A stretch of DNA of 64,000 bases from a virus, in the UHGV virus genome UHGV-1440165; one strand, given 5' to 3'. Every line of letters starts with the position of its first letter. Within the stretch, counting starts at the first letter, position 1. Positions 8,337-17,440 of the stretch are shown here, in pieces. The notes beneath the pieces were generated by a model. That model ran no database searches. It saw only the letters and a list, made by a program, of their open reading frames with translations, and was not told the DNA's origin. Made by a program: the position numbers and the translations under genes.

Positions 8337-8955
8337 CTTCCTTGCAGTGGCCGACAGTGAAACCCTGGGGCGCTGGGATGATGCTGTCATGCTGTCATGG
8401 GCGCATACCATCGCAGATCTGACCAAGCGTTATACTCTCCAACAGCTGGTCGAAGAGCGCACGACGTTCATTAAGCTAGACAGCAGAGAACAACTTGAAC
8501 TCGGTCGAGTAAAAGACCAAGGGACGGTTGAATGGTGGTTTGGCACGGGCAAACGCAATCCGTGTGATGCCGCTCGTGCTGTTAGTTTGTTCCCGAGAGA
8601 AGGTGATATCTCTGTCTTCCAGCTGGCTGACGAAATCCGCAAGGGTTGTCATCGTCTTGGGGTGGACCCGCGCTCGGTTGACTGGTGTGATCGTAACTTG
8701 TTCGACCTGCGCAAGGCTCAACACATCATTGAGGTGACGTGCAAGCAGGACTCCAACGAGCCATGGGATTACCACCACACCTTCGACATCGTGAGCTGGC
8801 TGAAGGGCGTTGGGCAGCAGGACCGCTATGCTGGCATCAAGGCATGGGAACTGGAAGGCATGGTCTATCATGATCCTCGTTATGACGCCGCGCTTGACTG
8901 GCTGCGTATTCAGAAGACCATGGAAGATCTGATGGGGCTGGAGGTGAAAGAATGA
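8323..8955 (+). CDS. dexA: DEDDh 3'-5' exonuclease (T4 DexA-like exonuclease A)
   Basis: Exo motif I AVADSETLG, VEWWFGTGKRNP and H-x4-D (HDPRYD) resemble T4 DexA (IIDFETMG ... MEWW). Confidence 0.65.
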   Translation: MYKSNFLAVADSETLGRWDDAVMLSWAHTIADLTKRYTLQQLVEERTTFIKLDSREQLELGRVKDQGTVEWWFGTGKRNPCDAARAVSLFPREGDISVFQLADEIRKGCHRLGVDPRSVDWCDRNLFDLRKAQHIIEVTCKQDSNEPWDYHHTFDIVSWLKGVGQQDRYAGIKAWELEGMVYHDPRYDAALDWLRIQKTMEDLMGLEVKE

Positions 8956-9254
8956 TATTCTTCACAGTTATTGGCGCTATCGTAACAGCTGGGGTGTTCG
9001 CAGCCATATTGGGCTACCTGTACTTCATGTTCCTTCATCCGTTATTTCAGGCGTTCAGTCTCACGAATTGGTACTTGACCTGCCTAAAGGCCGACGGCGG
9101 CGTGAACATGGCCTCTCTTCCTTACTGGCGGCTGGTGGCGCATTACTACACGGTCGGTGGCTGGCCTGGGGAAAGGACATGGAACTCTATCGGTGAGTGG
9201 TATGGAATAGGTCGATGGCGTATATTCCCAGATGATGAAGACAAAGCCCCGTGA
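8952..9254 (+). CDS. Membrane protein, hypothetical
   Basis: Two hydrophobic helices at the N-terminus; 100 aa. Confidence 0.45.
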   Translation: MIFFTVIGAIVTAGVFAAILGYLYFMFLHPLFQAFSLTNWYLTCLKADGGVNMASLPYWRLVAHYYTVGGWPGERTWNSIGEWYGIGRWRIFPDDEDKAP

Positions 9255-9263
9255 GGGGCTTTT
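9245..9263 (+). terminator. Rho-independent terminator
   Basis: agcccc-gtga-ggggct hairpin followed by TTTT. Confidence 0.6.
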
Positions 9264-9317
9264 CTATATCCGGGATAGAGTATCATTGGTTCACCAACGA
9301 ATCCTCGGGAAACTGCT

Positions 9318-9530
9318 ATGACAATCGCAAGAAGTTACAGAAAGAACTTCAACATCGAAGGGATTGAGTTCTATCACCATTATGCTCAGGACGCCCATGG
9401 CACTGTATGTAACACATACATGCTTGACGGTCGTCCTGTGAGTTCAGACGAGTTCCATCGTGTTCTGCGTGAGTCTACAGAAGAATCCCTTCCGTACATC
9501 ATCAACGCCAACGGATTGATTAAACCATGA
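9318..9530 (+). CDS. Hypothetical protein (first gene of coupled operon)
   Basis: 70-aa ORF, stop overlaps next start. Confidence 0.4.
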   Translation: MTIARSYRKNFNIEGIEFYHHYAQDAHGTVCNTYMLDGRPVSSDEFHRVLRESTEESLPYIINANGLIKP

Positions 9531-9823
9531 CAGACAAAGAGATCATTCAGGTGTGCATCAGGCTGAAGACTTTGAAGCCTCTCTTGCAAGCGCTGCGGTT
9601 CAATGCCATTAAGTTTGAGAAACTGCCTCGCACTGCCGCAACGTACTTTGCCATGAAGTCGGTCGGCGGTGCTATCTTCTTCGAGCACGACATTTACTTC
9701 TACACAAAACTGGATGGCAAAGATTTAGATGATATGGTATTTGCCAACGACTCCGGCGACACCATGAAAACGAAAGTTGAAAATGAGCTTCGCCGTATCA
9801 ATGACGGCCTGAGAGGGATGTAA
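9527..9823 (+). CDS. Hypothetical protein
   Basis: 98-aa ORF, translationally coupled. Confidence 0.4.
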   Translation: MTDKEIIQVCIRLKTLKPLLQALRFNAIKFEKLPRTAATYFAMKSVGGAIFFEHDIYFYTKLDGKDLDDMVFANDSGDTMKTKVENELRRINDGLRGM

Positions 9824-10518
9824 TGATCAACGTATCAATAAACGACCGTGATTTCGTTCGCGACGTCCTGACAAACAACAAAGACCCTCTTGCGTACAAT
9901 GGCAAGAAGGTCACCCTGTTTTGGTCCGGCGGCGTGGACAGCACATACATGCTCTTCTGGCTGCTGGCCCATGGGTACGAAGTACACACGATCTATTGCG
10001 AACTGGAGAACAACTTCTTCAAGGTGAAGCGCGAGAACTGGGCACGCAATAAGATCAGGGAATGGGTGACCGCCAATTCACCGAGGTTGAACAATCATTG
10101 GCATCACAGGAAAGAGCCGATCAGCAGAATAAAAATCCCTTCAGGCGATTTCAGGGCATGCCTGGCGCAAGCCCCTTTGTGGTTGGTGAACACGCAATTT
10201 GTAGGCGGAGAGTTCAGCAGAGAGTTGCCAAGAACTTATGTGATGGCATACGTCAACGGTGACGACGCTCTCCACTGGATCCCGGCCTTCAACAAGATCG
10301 TGGAGGGCTATAACATGTTGGCCAAAGACGGGCATGAGATCACCGTTCTCTTCCCTCTCGCCAGCATGAAGAAGACATGGTTCTACGAAGCCCTGTCGCC
10401 AATCTACGGGCTGATGACCTGGTGTGAATATCATGTCCTGAAGAAGAACTGCAAATGTCCCGCCTGCGTTCGTCATCGTCATGAGCTGTCTGTATTCGAG
10501 CAACAGATCTCTAAGTGA
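9823..10518 (+). CDS. queC: QueC-like PP-loop ATPase (7-cyano-7-deazaguanine synthase family)
   Basis: PP-loop SGGVDST, 231 aa, C-terminal Cys cluster CKCPAC (QueC zinc site is C-x-C-x2-C); resembles E. coli QueC N-terminus (VFSGGQDST). Confidence 0.6.
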   Translation: MINVSINDRDFVRDVLTNNKDPLAYNGKKVTLFWSGGVDSTYMLFWLLAHGYEVHTIYCELENNFFKVKRENWARNKIREWVTANSPRLNNHWHHRKEPISRIKIPSGDFRACLAQAPLWLVNTQFVGGEFSRELPRTYVMAYVNGDDALHWIPAFNKIVEGYNMLAKDGHEITVLFPLASMKKTWFYEALSPIYGLMTWCEYHVLKKNCKCPACVRHRHELSVFEQQISK

Positions 10519-10525
10519 GGGTAGC

Positions 10526-10867
10526 ATGAAACCGTCTGTTGTGGTGAATGACATCACTGTGTTGATAAACCTTGTCAAGGATGTGTTCCCACAACAGGTG
10601 GATGCTGAGTATGTGGGGAAGAACGGGAAGTGCTATCAGGTTGCTCTGCTGTTGAAGCACGTGTACCCTGAAGCGGAGATCCATTACAGTCAGATTGAAG
10701 GTCATGTGTATACTCTGATTGATGGGCATTACTACGACATCGACGGCATCCACTTCAGTGTCCCACCAGACACTTGTTTGCTGGAACACAACAGAGGCCA
10801 CAAACCGCATCGCTGGCATAAGGGGTTTGTGAACGTACCGATTTTAGAATGGCTGAGGAAACCATAA
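10526..10867 (+). CDS. Hypothetical His-rich protein
   Basis: ATG 10526 with SD GAGGG upstream; HxxH-rich C-terminus (HNRGHKPHRWH). Confidence 0.4.
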   Translation: MKPSVVVNDITVLINLVKDVFPQQVDAEYVGKNGKCYQVALLLKHVYPEAEIHYSQIEGHVYTLIDGHYYDIDGIHFSVPPDTCLLEHNRGHKPHRWHKGFVNVPILEWLRKP

Positions 10868-11316
10868 TGCACCTGTCACAAATCGAACGGGATGAGATCA
10901 TCACTGCCCTCGAAAAAGAATGGAAATACATGTTCCAGGCCGGGTTCGCTACGCCATTGGTCTCCCGGCTACAGGAAGCGACAGCATATCATTCCAATTC
11001 TCCTTATTACGGAACCCCGAATTCTCTAGAGACCCGCATGAGAATAGAAAGGGAATTGTCTACAATCCTGGAACAATGGTGTGATGAAACTGCGTCCAAG
11101 TACGTACATGTTGCTCACAAATTGTTGGATAAAGATTTGTTCTGGTTAACGGTGGAGGAAGGTGAAGACCGCAACTCGATAGAAATCAAACTTTCACCAA
11201 CCATATTAGAACTATACAACGGAGTGAGTCCGATTAATGTGTTCAATTGGACTAGCTGGTCGGATGCCATGTTGAAGAACGCTTATGACGACCTAGTGAA
11301 GAAAGAGAGGATATAA
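10849..11316 (+). CDS. Hypothetical protein
   Basis: 155-aa ORF in the coupled operon. Confidence 0.45.
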   Translation: MAEETIMHLSQIERDEIITALEKEWKYMFQAGFATPLVSRLQEATAYHSNSPYYGTPNSLETRMRIERELSTILEQWCDETASKYVHVAHKLLDKDLFWLTVEEGEDRNSIEIKLSPTILELYNGVSPINVFNWTSWSDAMLKNAYDDLVKKERI

Positions 11317-11876
11317 TGGCAGGAATTGTAAAGTACCTGGGCGACCCTCACCTTGGGCACAAGAAAATCTTCAAGCCCCGTGGATTCGATACCCAAGAGG
11401 CGCACGATGCTGCAGTCATCGATACGATCTTTCAGGGGCTGAAGTCCCGGGATGTACTGGAACTCGCAGGTGACATCTGCTTCATCGGGGCTGAGGGGTT
11501 CATCCGTCTGATGCGCGAGGGTGCCAAGCGGAATATCGACGAGTTTAAGCGCCGCCCGGTTCCCGATGATTGGCGTCCGAACTTTATCATCAGGGTGGCA
11601 CAGGGCAACCATGACAGCTTCAAGATGTTGTTGCAGCTGTATCAAGAGGGATGGATTAGCTCCTTCGGTGCCATGTACGAGCGTGACACTTCGGTTGGTC
11701 GTGTGTTGACGACGCACGTCCCTTATCAATTAGACCGCTGGGCGTATAATATCCATGGACATCTTCATGACAAACTCCGTGAAGAACGTGAATACCTGAA
11801 CTGCAGCTGGGAACAATTCAAGCGTCCCGTGACGCTGGCCGAGCTGCTCTATACCAATCTGGGGATTGAATTATGA
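11316..11876 (+). CDS. Calcineurin-like metallophosphoesterase
   Basis: Motifs GDPHLGH, QGNHD, HGHLHD. Confidence 0.6.
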   Translation: MAGIVKYLGDPHLGHKKIFKPRGFDTQEAHDAAVIDTIFQGLKSRDVLELAGDICFIGAEGFIRLMREGAKRNIDEFKRRPVPDDWRPNFIIRVAQGNHDSFKMLLQLYQEGWISSFGAMYERDTSVGRVLTTHVPYQLDRWAYNIHGHLHDKLREEREYLNCSWEQFKRPVTLAELLYTNLGIEL

Positions 11877-12259
11877 CACAAAAAGTTCTTTTGAAGGTCT
11901 ATGTTGGAAAGGGTGAGAAGATCACCTTCGACAAGGCCGAATCCTACAAGCAAACGCCAAAGTTGCTGAAGGATATTGTCTTCAACTGTGATCGTTATGG
12001 CGACCGCTACCCGAACAAACAGGTTCGGATCGAAGACATGATGAAATTTAACGTCGGTTTTAGCAGTTCCCCTTCTTCTGGCTGCGTGTATTGCTTTGAA
12101 GAAGATCTCGAAGAGGCCAAGAAAATCTTGGTGGATGTCATCAACAAGCGCGTCCAGGGCATGCTTAACCGTTTTAAATTCGATGTTGAAGAGCATAACC
12201 GACAGACAGCAAACGCTGAAGGTGTGCAACGGATCAAGCTGGAGTGGGAGATTTTATGA
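11873..12259 (+). CDS. Hypothetical protein
   Basis: 128-aa ORF, coupled. Confidence 0.45.
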   Translation: MTQKVLLKVYVGKGEKITFDKAESYKQTPKLLKDIVFNCDRYGDRYPNKQVRIEDMMKFNVGFSSSPSSGCVYCFEEDLEEAKKILVDVINKRVQGMLNRFKFDVEEHNRQTANAEGVQRIKLEWEIL

Positions 12260-12627
12260 TCATTGCAGTGGATTTTGATGGGACTTGTGTAACCCACGAG
12301 TACCCAAAGATCGGGCGGGACATCGGTGCTGATGCCTGCCTGAAGAGGCTCTTTGCCAAAGGGCATCAGCTGATTTTGTTCACGATGCGTTCTGGTGCGG
12401 AATTGGAGCAAGCGAAAACATGGTTCCATGTCCGTGGCATCCCTCTGTATGGAGTTAATACAAACCCATCGCAGAAGACTTGGACGGAGTCTCCAAAGGC
12501 ATATGCCCAGGTTTACATCGATGACGCCGCTCTTGGCTGTCCTCTGATATGGGATGAAGTTTCCAATCGCCCCTACGTGAACTGGCCAGAGGTGGAACGC
12601 ATGTTGAAGAAGAGAGATATATTATGA
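12256..12627 (+). CDS. HAD-superfamily phosphatase-like protein
   Basis: HAD motif I DFDGT, motif IV YIDDAALG; ATG 12256 overlaps upstream stop (ATGA). Confidence 0.55.
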   Translation: MIIAVDFDGTCVTHEYPKIGRDIGADACLKRLFAKGHQLILFTMRSGAELEQAKTWFHVRGIPLYGVNTNPSQKTWTESPKAYAQVYIDDAALGCPLIWDEVSNRPYVNWPEVERMLKKRDIL

Positions 12628-12962
12628 AAAAGCCGCGCATCACAGGACATCAACTCTTTGTTCTTTGCGGGATAGAGAACTTTGAGAAAGGTCATCGCCG
12701 TTATGGTGAATGGTACTTGCATCCCAAGTCCTGGGCCAATGACAAGGGAAACACCGTCTGGACTTTCCAGGTATGTGCGAACGCTGGTGGGTTCACCTCC
12801 GTCAAAGGCGACCCATGGGATACCCGCACTGGGGCTTCCCTGTTGGCCAAGGGTCTGATCGAACCAGCTGGCTCGATGGTCCATGACGGTTCGTATGCGA
12901 ACTGGCCGAACACTGAGGTGACGTTCTACCGTCTGACCGAACTCGGCAAGTCTTACCTCTGA
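12624..12962 (+). CDS. Hypothetical protein (last gene of operon)
   Basis: 112-aa ORF followed by a terminator. Confidence 0.45.
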   Translation: MKKPRITGHQLFVLCGIENFEKGHRRYGEWYLHPKSWANDKGNTVWTFQVCANAGGFTSVKGDPWDTRTGASLLAKGLIEPAGSMVHDGSYANWPNTEVTFYRLTELGKSYL

Positions 12963-12986
12963 ATAAAGAATTAGCGGTTATTGAAG

Positions 12987-13010
12987 AAGGGGGAGTATAT
13001 ACTTCCCCTT
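12987..13010 (+). terminator. Terminator hairpin
   Basis: aaggggg-agtatatact-tcccctt stem-loop followed by T-rich sequence. Confidence 0.5.
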
Positions 13011-13032
13011 AGTTTATTAAGAGGAACAGGAA

Positions 13033-13380
13033 ATGACCCCATTAAAAGATATGTACGAGCGCCTTGCTGAACTGCAGGCGAAGGAAAAGCGCTTCTCTGA
13101 GGAAGAGGCAGAGTTATCCGAGCTGAATGCTCTGATCGCCACTCGTGAGAAGTATCTTCAACGTTACATCAACCACCCACCTCACATTGTTGAGCGTGTG
13201 AACGTTGAACTGGAAACCCTGTCCCCAATCACGTATGATAAATTGGGTATGGATAAAGTCCACACGGCTATCTCTGGTGTTGTGAACTCTATGGTGGCGT
13301 TGGGGCAGGTATTTGGTCGCGCCGACCATGACGACCTGTTGTTCTACATAGAACGAAACGTGAGGTTGGACCGCCCATGA
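13033..13380 (+). CDS. Hypothetical protein
   Basis: 115-aa ORF. Confidence 0.45.
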   Translation: MTPLKDMYERLAELQAKEKRFSEEEAELSELNALIATREKYLQRYINHPPHIVERVNVELETLSPITYDKLGMDKVHTAISGVVNSMVALGQVFGRADHDDLLFYIERNVRLDRP

Positions 13381-13877
13381 TTAAGCCTCGTATGATGTTT
13401 GCGCATATGCGCTCGGCTCATGCATACGCTCTGTCCAGCTATGCTCAGCGCCTGAAGGTTGGCTGTGTTATCGTTGACCCAAATATTGACCAACCTGTTG
13501 CCATCGGCTGGAATGGAACCGCCCCCGGCGCTCCCAATGTATGTGAGCAGGAAATAGACGGTCAGCTGGTAAGTCTTGAAAGTGTTATCCATGCTGAAGA
13601 GAACGCTCTGGATAATATCCAAAAGGCTCGCATCGGGCTTGTGATGTTCGTGACGCACAGCCCCTGCCCAAGATGTACGAAAAAGATAATCGAAAGTGGC
13701 AATATCGACAAGGTGTTCTACAACGTTCCGTACCGCATTACAGACGGTATTGTTGAGATGATGAACGCTGGGATTGAAGTTTACCGTATGGTCGACCAAT
13801 ACGCCGTCGCCAGACATTGTTTTGACGCTGAAGGCAAATTAATATCCGTTCCGGTTTTATTGAACCCTGACAAGTAA
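13377..13877 (+). CDS. cd: dCMP deaminase (T4 cd-like)
   Basis: Zinc-binding HAEENA and PCPRCTKK motifs of the cytidine/dCMP deaminase family. Confidence 0.8.
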   Translation: MIKPRMMFAHMRSAHAYALSSYAQRLKVGCVIVDPNIDQPVAIGWNGTAPGAPNVCEQEIDGQLVSLESVIHAEENALDNIQKARIGLVMFVTHSPCPRCTKKIIESGNIDKVFYNVPYRITDGIVEMMNAGIEVYRMVDQYAVARHCFDAEGKLISVPVLLNPDK

Positions 13878-13887
13878 GGAATTTATC

Positions 13888-14295
13888 ATGCGTTATGTAG
13901 ATCGTATGCTCGGCAAAGACGAGCACGTTATTGCCTTCACCCGCCCGACCTGGTGGAGCGGCTTCTGGATGTATGTGCTGGTTGTGCTGCTGTTTGTGCC
14001 AACCTTCGGTGTCAGTCTGTTGTTCCTGATTCCGACTGTGCTGAACGTGTTGACCACTGAATTCGCTGTGACCAACAAGCGTGTAATCGTCAAGCGCGGG
14101 TTCATCCGTCGTGATGCCGACGAACTGCGGATTGGTAAGGTTGAAACAGTGAAGGTCGATCAGTCCATCACAGGCCGCATCCTGGGCTTCTCGACCATCA
14201 GTGTGATCGGTACGGGTGGCACTCGCCTACTGGCCACGGGTTGTGCTGGCGGTAATGCCTTCCGCCAGAAGATCTATGACCACCTGGACGACTGA
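13888..14295 (+). CDS. Membrane-anchored protein, bacterial PH-domain (YdbT/DUF304-like) candidate
   Basis: N-terminal two TM helices then a beta-rich domain; motif-level call only. Confidence 0.4.
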   Translation: MRYVDRMLGKDEHVIAFTRPTWWSGFWMYVLVVLLFVPTFGVSLLFLIPTVLNVLTTEFAVTNKRVIVKRGFIRRDADELRIGKVETVKVDQSITGRILGFSTISVIGTGGTRLLATGCAGGNAFRQKIYDHLDD

Positions 14296-14297
14296 TT

Positions 14298-14510
14298 ATG
14301 ATTACTTCAGGTTACACCATTGACCTGTATTGTGAATGCTCTGACTGCAAGTCATGCAGCTGGGCTTGGGAAGAGCATCACCCCAAGTGTGGGTTCAAAC
14401 AATACGCTGGTGAGACTTGGGGTGAGTGTGTCAGACAGGCACGGGCTGATGGTTGGCAAATCGGGCGTGACAGGCATACCTGTTACGCCCCTGGGCACAA
14501 AAGAAGTTAG
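14298..14510 (+). CDS. Small Cys-rich protein, hypothetical
   Basis: 70 aa with CECSDCKSC ... HPKC ... HTC. Confidence 0.35.
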   Translation: MITSGYTIDLYCECSDCKSCSWAWEEHHPKCGFKQYAGETWGECVRQARADGWQIGRDRHTCYAPGHKRS

Positions 14511-15121
14511 GGCAGCAACAGTCCATCATCCCGCTCCGTTGGGGCGGGTCTTACTTCCTTCATCATCTGTTCTTTCAAGAATCTGACACGTTCGGCTCTA
14601 CGACGGTCTTCCATCTCCATATCCCGTTTCTTCTTCGACTTCAACTCGAACTGTTTCCTCACATCAGGATCTTCACCGGGTACGAGGTGCTCTTCAGTCC
14701 AGATAATGAACTTCCAGTTCTTCTTCGCACACAGCTCGCGGGTGGCCTCCCACTTGGCAGAGTTGACCAGCCAGGTTCGCATCGCATTGTTGAAGGTTGA
14801 TTCCTTCATAGATGGCGTCTTCTTCGGCTGCTTGATCTGATCCTTGGGCTTGATCTCAATGAGGGTGACCTGCAGTTCTTCCTGCCCTTCGCGGTGTGTC
14901 CACACTTTGAGGTCCATGAAGTAACGATGGGTGCGCCCGTCTACTGGCGACACATAGGGGATTACAGTCTCCTCGTTTTCCCAGAAAATGACAGCAGGAT
15001 TAGTGTCGCAAAATTTAAAGGCGACAAGTTCCAAAGAAGAACGAAATACAATTTTATTCAGATTACCTTTGTACTTTTTAGGATTGACAGGAACATATTT
15101 TCCTTGAAGATACTGTGCCAT
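14507..15121 (-). CDS. PD-(D/E)xK-like nuclease candidate
   Basis: D...ExK pattern (FMDLKVW ... TLIEIKP); ATG 15121 with GGAGG SD; ORF-track N-terminus is a TTG extension. Confidence 0.35.
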   Translation of the reverse strand: MAQYLQGKYVPVNPKKYKGNLNKIVFRSSLELVAFKFCDTNPAVIFWENEETVIPYVSPVDGRTHRYFMDLKVWTHREGQEELQVTLIEIKPKDQIKQPKKTPSMKESTFNNAMRTWLVNSAKWEATRELCAKKNWKFIIWTEEHLVPGEDPDVRKQFELKSKKKRDMEMEDRRRAERVRFLKEQMMKEVRPAPTERDDGLLLP

Positions 15122-15855
15122 TATGCTTTCCTCCAACCTTTATGCTGTATATAACGCCCTTTACTCACGTGTCGCATAGAACCTTCATTTAATCCATTCT
15201 CTTTACAAAATTTTGCCAGATTCACGATTGCCACGACATAACCTTCAGGATTGATGAATTTAAACTCTCTGGAGTTTGCTTTGGCTATTGATTCCCTGCC
15301 TTCCTTTGACATGTCTCCAGGACCTTTGAAATTCCACCTTCCTTCTTCTATGGCTTTCCTCTGCCCTGCTTTAACTCTGGATTTCAGATCTTCATCCAAC
15401 TTGACACCAAATCTTGGGTTATTTTCCCCTGAACGATCTTTCCCAAACCAAAAATTCCTAGAACCATTTAATGCCCTTGAACGATAAATCCTTTCCAGTT
15501 CTTCTTTTGGTTTGGAGAGCAATGTGTTCAATGCCTTGATGGACGCATGTTTTCTAGCCTCTGGGTTTGAATTAATGTGGTCGAATGATCCATATCCACC
15601 CAGCGTTAAATTGTATGTGTCTTCCCTTTTGATAAATTCTTTGGTCACTATTCTGGCTTCTTCCAGGTACATTTGTTCCTGGGTTTCACACTCCAACAAG
15701 ATGTCCTTTCTGAAGTTATCGACACCGTGTTTCCTGATTGCTCTCATTATCATATTGCCGGATCCCATATAACCATCATCCGGTTCACCTTTGTGAGCAC
15801 CAACATATATCTTGCCGTTTAGAAGATTCGTTATTTGGTAGACAAAGTATCTCAT
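15121..15855 (-). CDS. GIY-YIG homing endonuclease (Seg-like)
   Basis: N-terminal GIY-YIG module FVYQITNLLNGKIYVGAH ... R ... E; 244 aa; free-standing between unrelated genes. Confidence 0.8.
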   Translation of the reverse strand: MRYFVYQITNLLNGKIYVGAHKGEPDDGYMGSGNMIMRAIRKHGVDNFRKDILLECETQEQMYLEEARIVTKEFIKREDTYNLTLGGYGSFDHINSNPEARKHASIKALNTLLSKPKEELERIYRSRALNGSRNFWFGKDRSGENNPRFGVKLDEDLKSRVKAGQRKAIEEGRWNFKGPGDMSKEGRESIAKANSREFKFINPEGYVVAIVNLAKFCKENGLNEGSMRHVSKGRYIQHKGWRKA

Positions 15856-15905
15856 AATCTAGTCCTAAATAGCCATAACACTCTATCTATTTAAGGGCTG
15901 AGACC

Positions 15906-16874
15906 ATGGCCGACTTCAAGAAGACAATCGATAAGATCAAGGTTCTGAACACGAAGGGGTTGTCCCAGGCTCAGAAGCAATTGGCTTATCCCCTGGACAT
16001 CACGGGCGGCAAAACGCTTGGGCATTATGTGTTGTTCAACATCAACCGCATTTCCGGATCATCTTATGGTGACACGGCGACACAGACTATTGAGAACCCG
16101 ATCAAGAACCCGATCGGGAACACGCCTGTCGTCTACGGTGCCAAGTCCGGCTCCATCACCAAGTATGCCTGGGCGCGTCACGTTCGTTCCAACGAGTCCA
16201 TCGTCCTGTGTATGCCAGAGTCTATCACAACCAACTATGGTGTGGGCTGGAACGGTAGCGAACTCGGCCTGGCAGGTATGGGAGCGCAATTCCTGTCCCG
16301 CGCCGCCCAGGATATGACTCAGTTCAAGCTGGGTGATGCCCTGAACGTCGGGAAGGAGATGGGGCGCTTCGCTGCGACAAAGGCAGTTCAGTCTGCATCT
16401 GAGGCCATACCATTCCTCCCCACCATCAACGCCCACGACACGCTGGAGTTGTTCACTGGCACGATGACGAACCCGTATGTCGAGATGATCTTCCAGGGTG
16501 TGCGCAACCGTGAGATCCCATTCACATTCAAGTTCACGCCGCGCTCTCAGAAGGAAGCGAAGATGGTCCGTGAGATCATCCGGTTGTTCAAGTTGCACAT
16601 GTATCCAGAGTACAAGTACAACAAGAACTCCAGCGCATTCTACTTGCACCCGTCGACGTTCGATATCACCTTCATGGTGCAGGGTGAACGTAACAAGTGG
16701 CTGCATCGCATTTCCACTTGCGTTCTGTCTAACATGTTCGTGAACGAAACGCCGGATAGCTCTTATGCGGTTCACAAAGATGATGGCATCGTGTCCACAC
16801 AGGTTGACATGACCTTCATCGAACTCGAGCCTCTCCACAAAGGGCGCTTTGACACCGAAGGCGATAGCTTCTAA
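15906..16874 (+). CDS. Baseplate/tail-associated structural protein (gp48/gp54-like?)
   Basis: 322 aa; first gene of a + strand structural block ending with gp27- and gp29-like genes. Confidence 0.4.
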   Translation: MADFKKTIDKIKVLNTKGLSQAQKQLAYPLDITGGKTLGHYVLFNINRISGSSYGDTATQTIENPIKNPIGNTPVVYGAKSGSITKYAWARHVRSNESIVLCMPESITTNYGVGWNGSELGLAGMGAQFLSRAAQDMTQFKLGDALNVGKEMGRFAATKAVQSASEAIPFLPTINAHDTLELFTGTMTNPYVEMIFQGVRNREIPFTFKFTPRSQKEAKMVREIIRLFKLHMYPEYKYNKNSSAFYLHPSTFDITFMVQGERNKWLHRISTCVLSNMFVNETPDSSYAVHKDDGIVSTQVDMTFIELEPLHKGRFDTEGDSF

Positions 16875-16885
16875 GGGAGGATGGC

Positions 16886-17440
16886 ATGAAATACTTTGAG
16901 AAATTCCCCCTCGTCTGGCATCAGCTGGTTGATGTACAGGAGGATGACACTGTCCTGTTGCAGAACCTAACGCGACGGGTGATGATCTTACAGAAAATTA
17001 AGGACATCGAAGGGCTTCTCCTGCCTTATACGATCTTTGAGGGGGAAACCCCAAGATCCTTTGCCGAACGCGTCTACGGATCCTTCGAGCTGTTTTGGAT
17101 CCCTTGCCTTATCAATGGCATTATGGACATCAATAAGGACTGGCCGAAACCTGAGCAGCGGATCGTTGAAGAACTGATGGCCGACTATGGCATCGATGGG
17201 ATGTGGGACACTGCCTACTATGTCGACCAGTTCAACAACGTGACCGATGCTCGGGCGATAAAATTCGCATATGGCCTCGATCTGGATGAGCCGTCCATCA
17301 TTGCTAACTATGGTCTGACAGCAGTTTCATATCATGATGATGCAATCAGCAAGAACGAAGCCAAGAGGTCCATCAAAGTTCTGGATCCGGACTATGTGTC
17401 CAGCTTTGTGAATCAGCTTGAGCAGGAGTTGGCGAAATGA
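16886..17440 (+). CDS. Baseplate hub-associated protein (gp51/gp28-like?)
   Basis: 184-aa ORF coupled to the gp27-like gene. Confidence 0.3.
   Translation: MKYFEKFPLVWHQLVDVQEDDTVLLQNLTRRVMILQKIKDIEGLLLPYTIFEGETPRSFAERVYGSFELFWIPCLINGIMDINKDWPKPEQRIVEELMADYGIDGMWDTAYYVDQFNNVTDARAIKFAYGLDLDEPSIIANYGLTAVSYHDDAISKNEAKRSIKVLDPDYVSSFVNQLEQELAK

Noticed and set aside
12244-12259. GTG start at 12244 for the HAD-like gene (ORF-track N-terminus MGDFM)
   Set aside because: The ATG at 12256 overlaps the upstream stop (ATGA) and has GGAG 5 nt upstream, giving the typical coupled arrangement
16059-16838. Long antisense ORFs opposite confidently assigned genes (for example 16059-16838, 19589-20374, 39361-40050, 59244-60395, 50499-51182, 51499-52119, 4516-5187, 5248-5763, 26980-27564, 21012-21533, 23411-23884, 55500-56147, 35664-36113)
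   Set aside because: Each overlaps a gene with clear homology or motifs on the other strand, has Arg/His/Ser-biased low-complexity composition typical of antisense frames, and lacks a plausible ribosome-binding site
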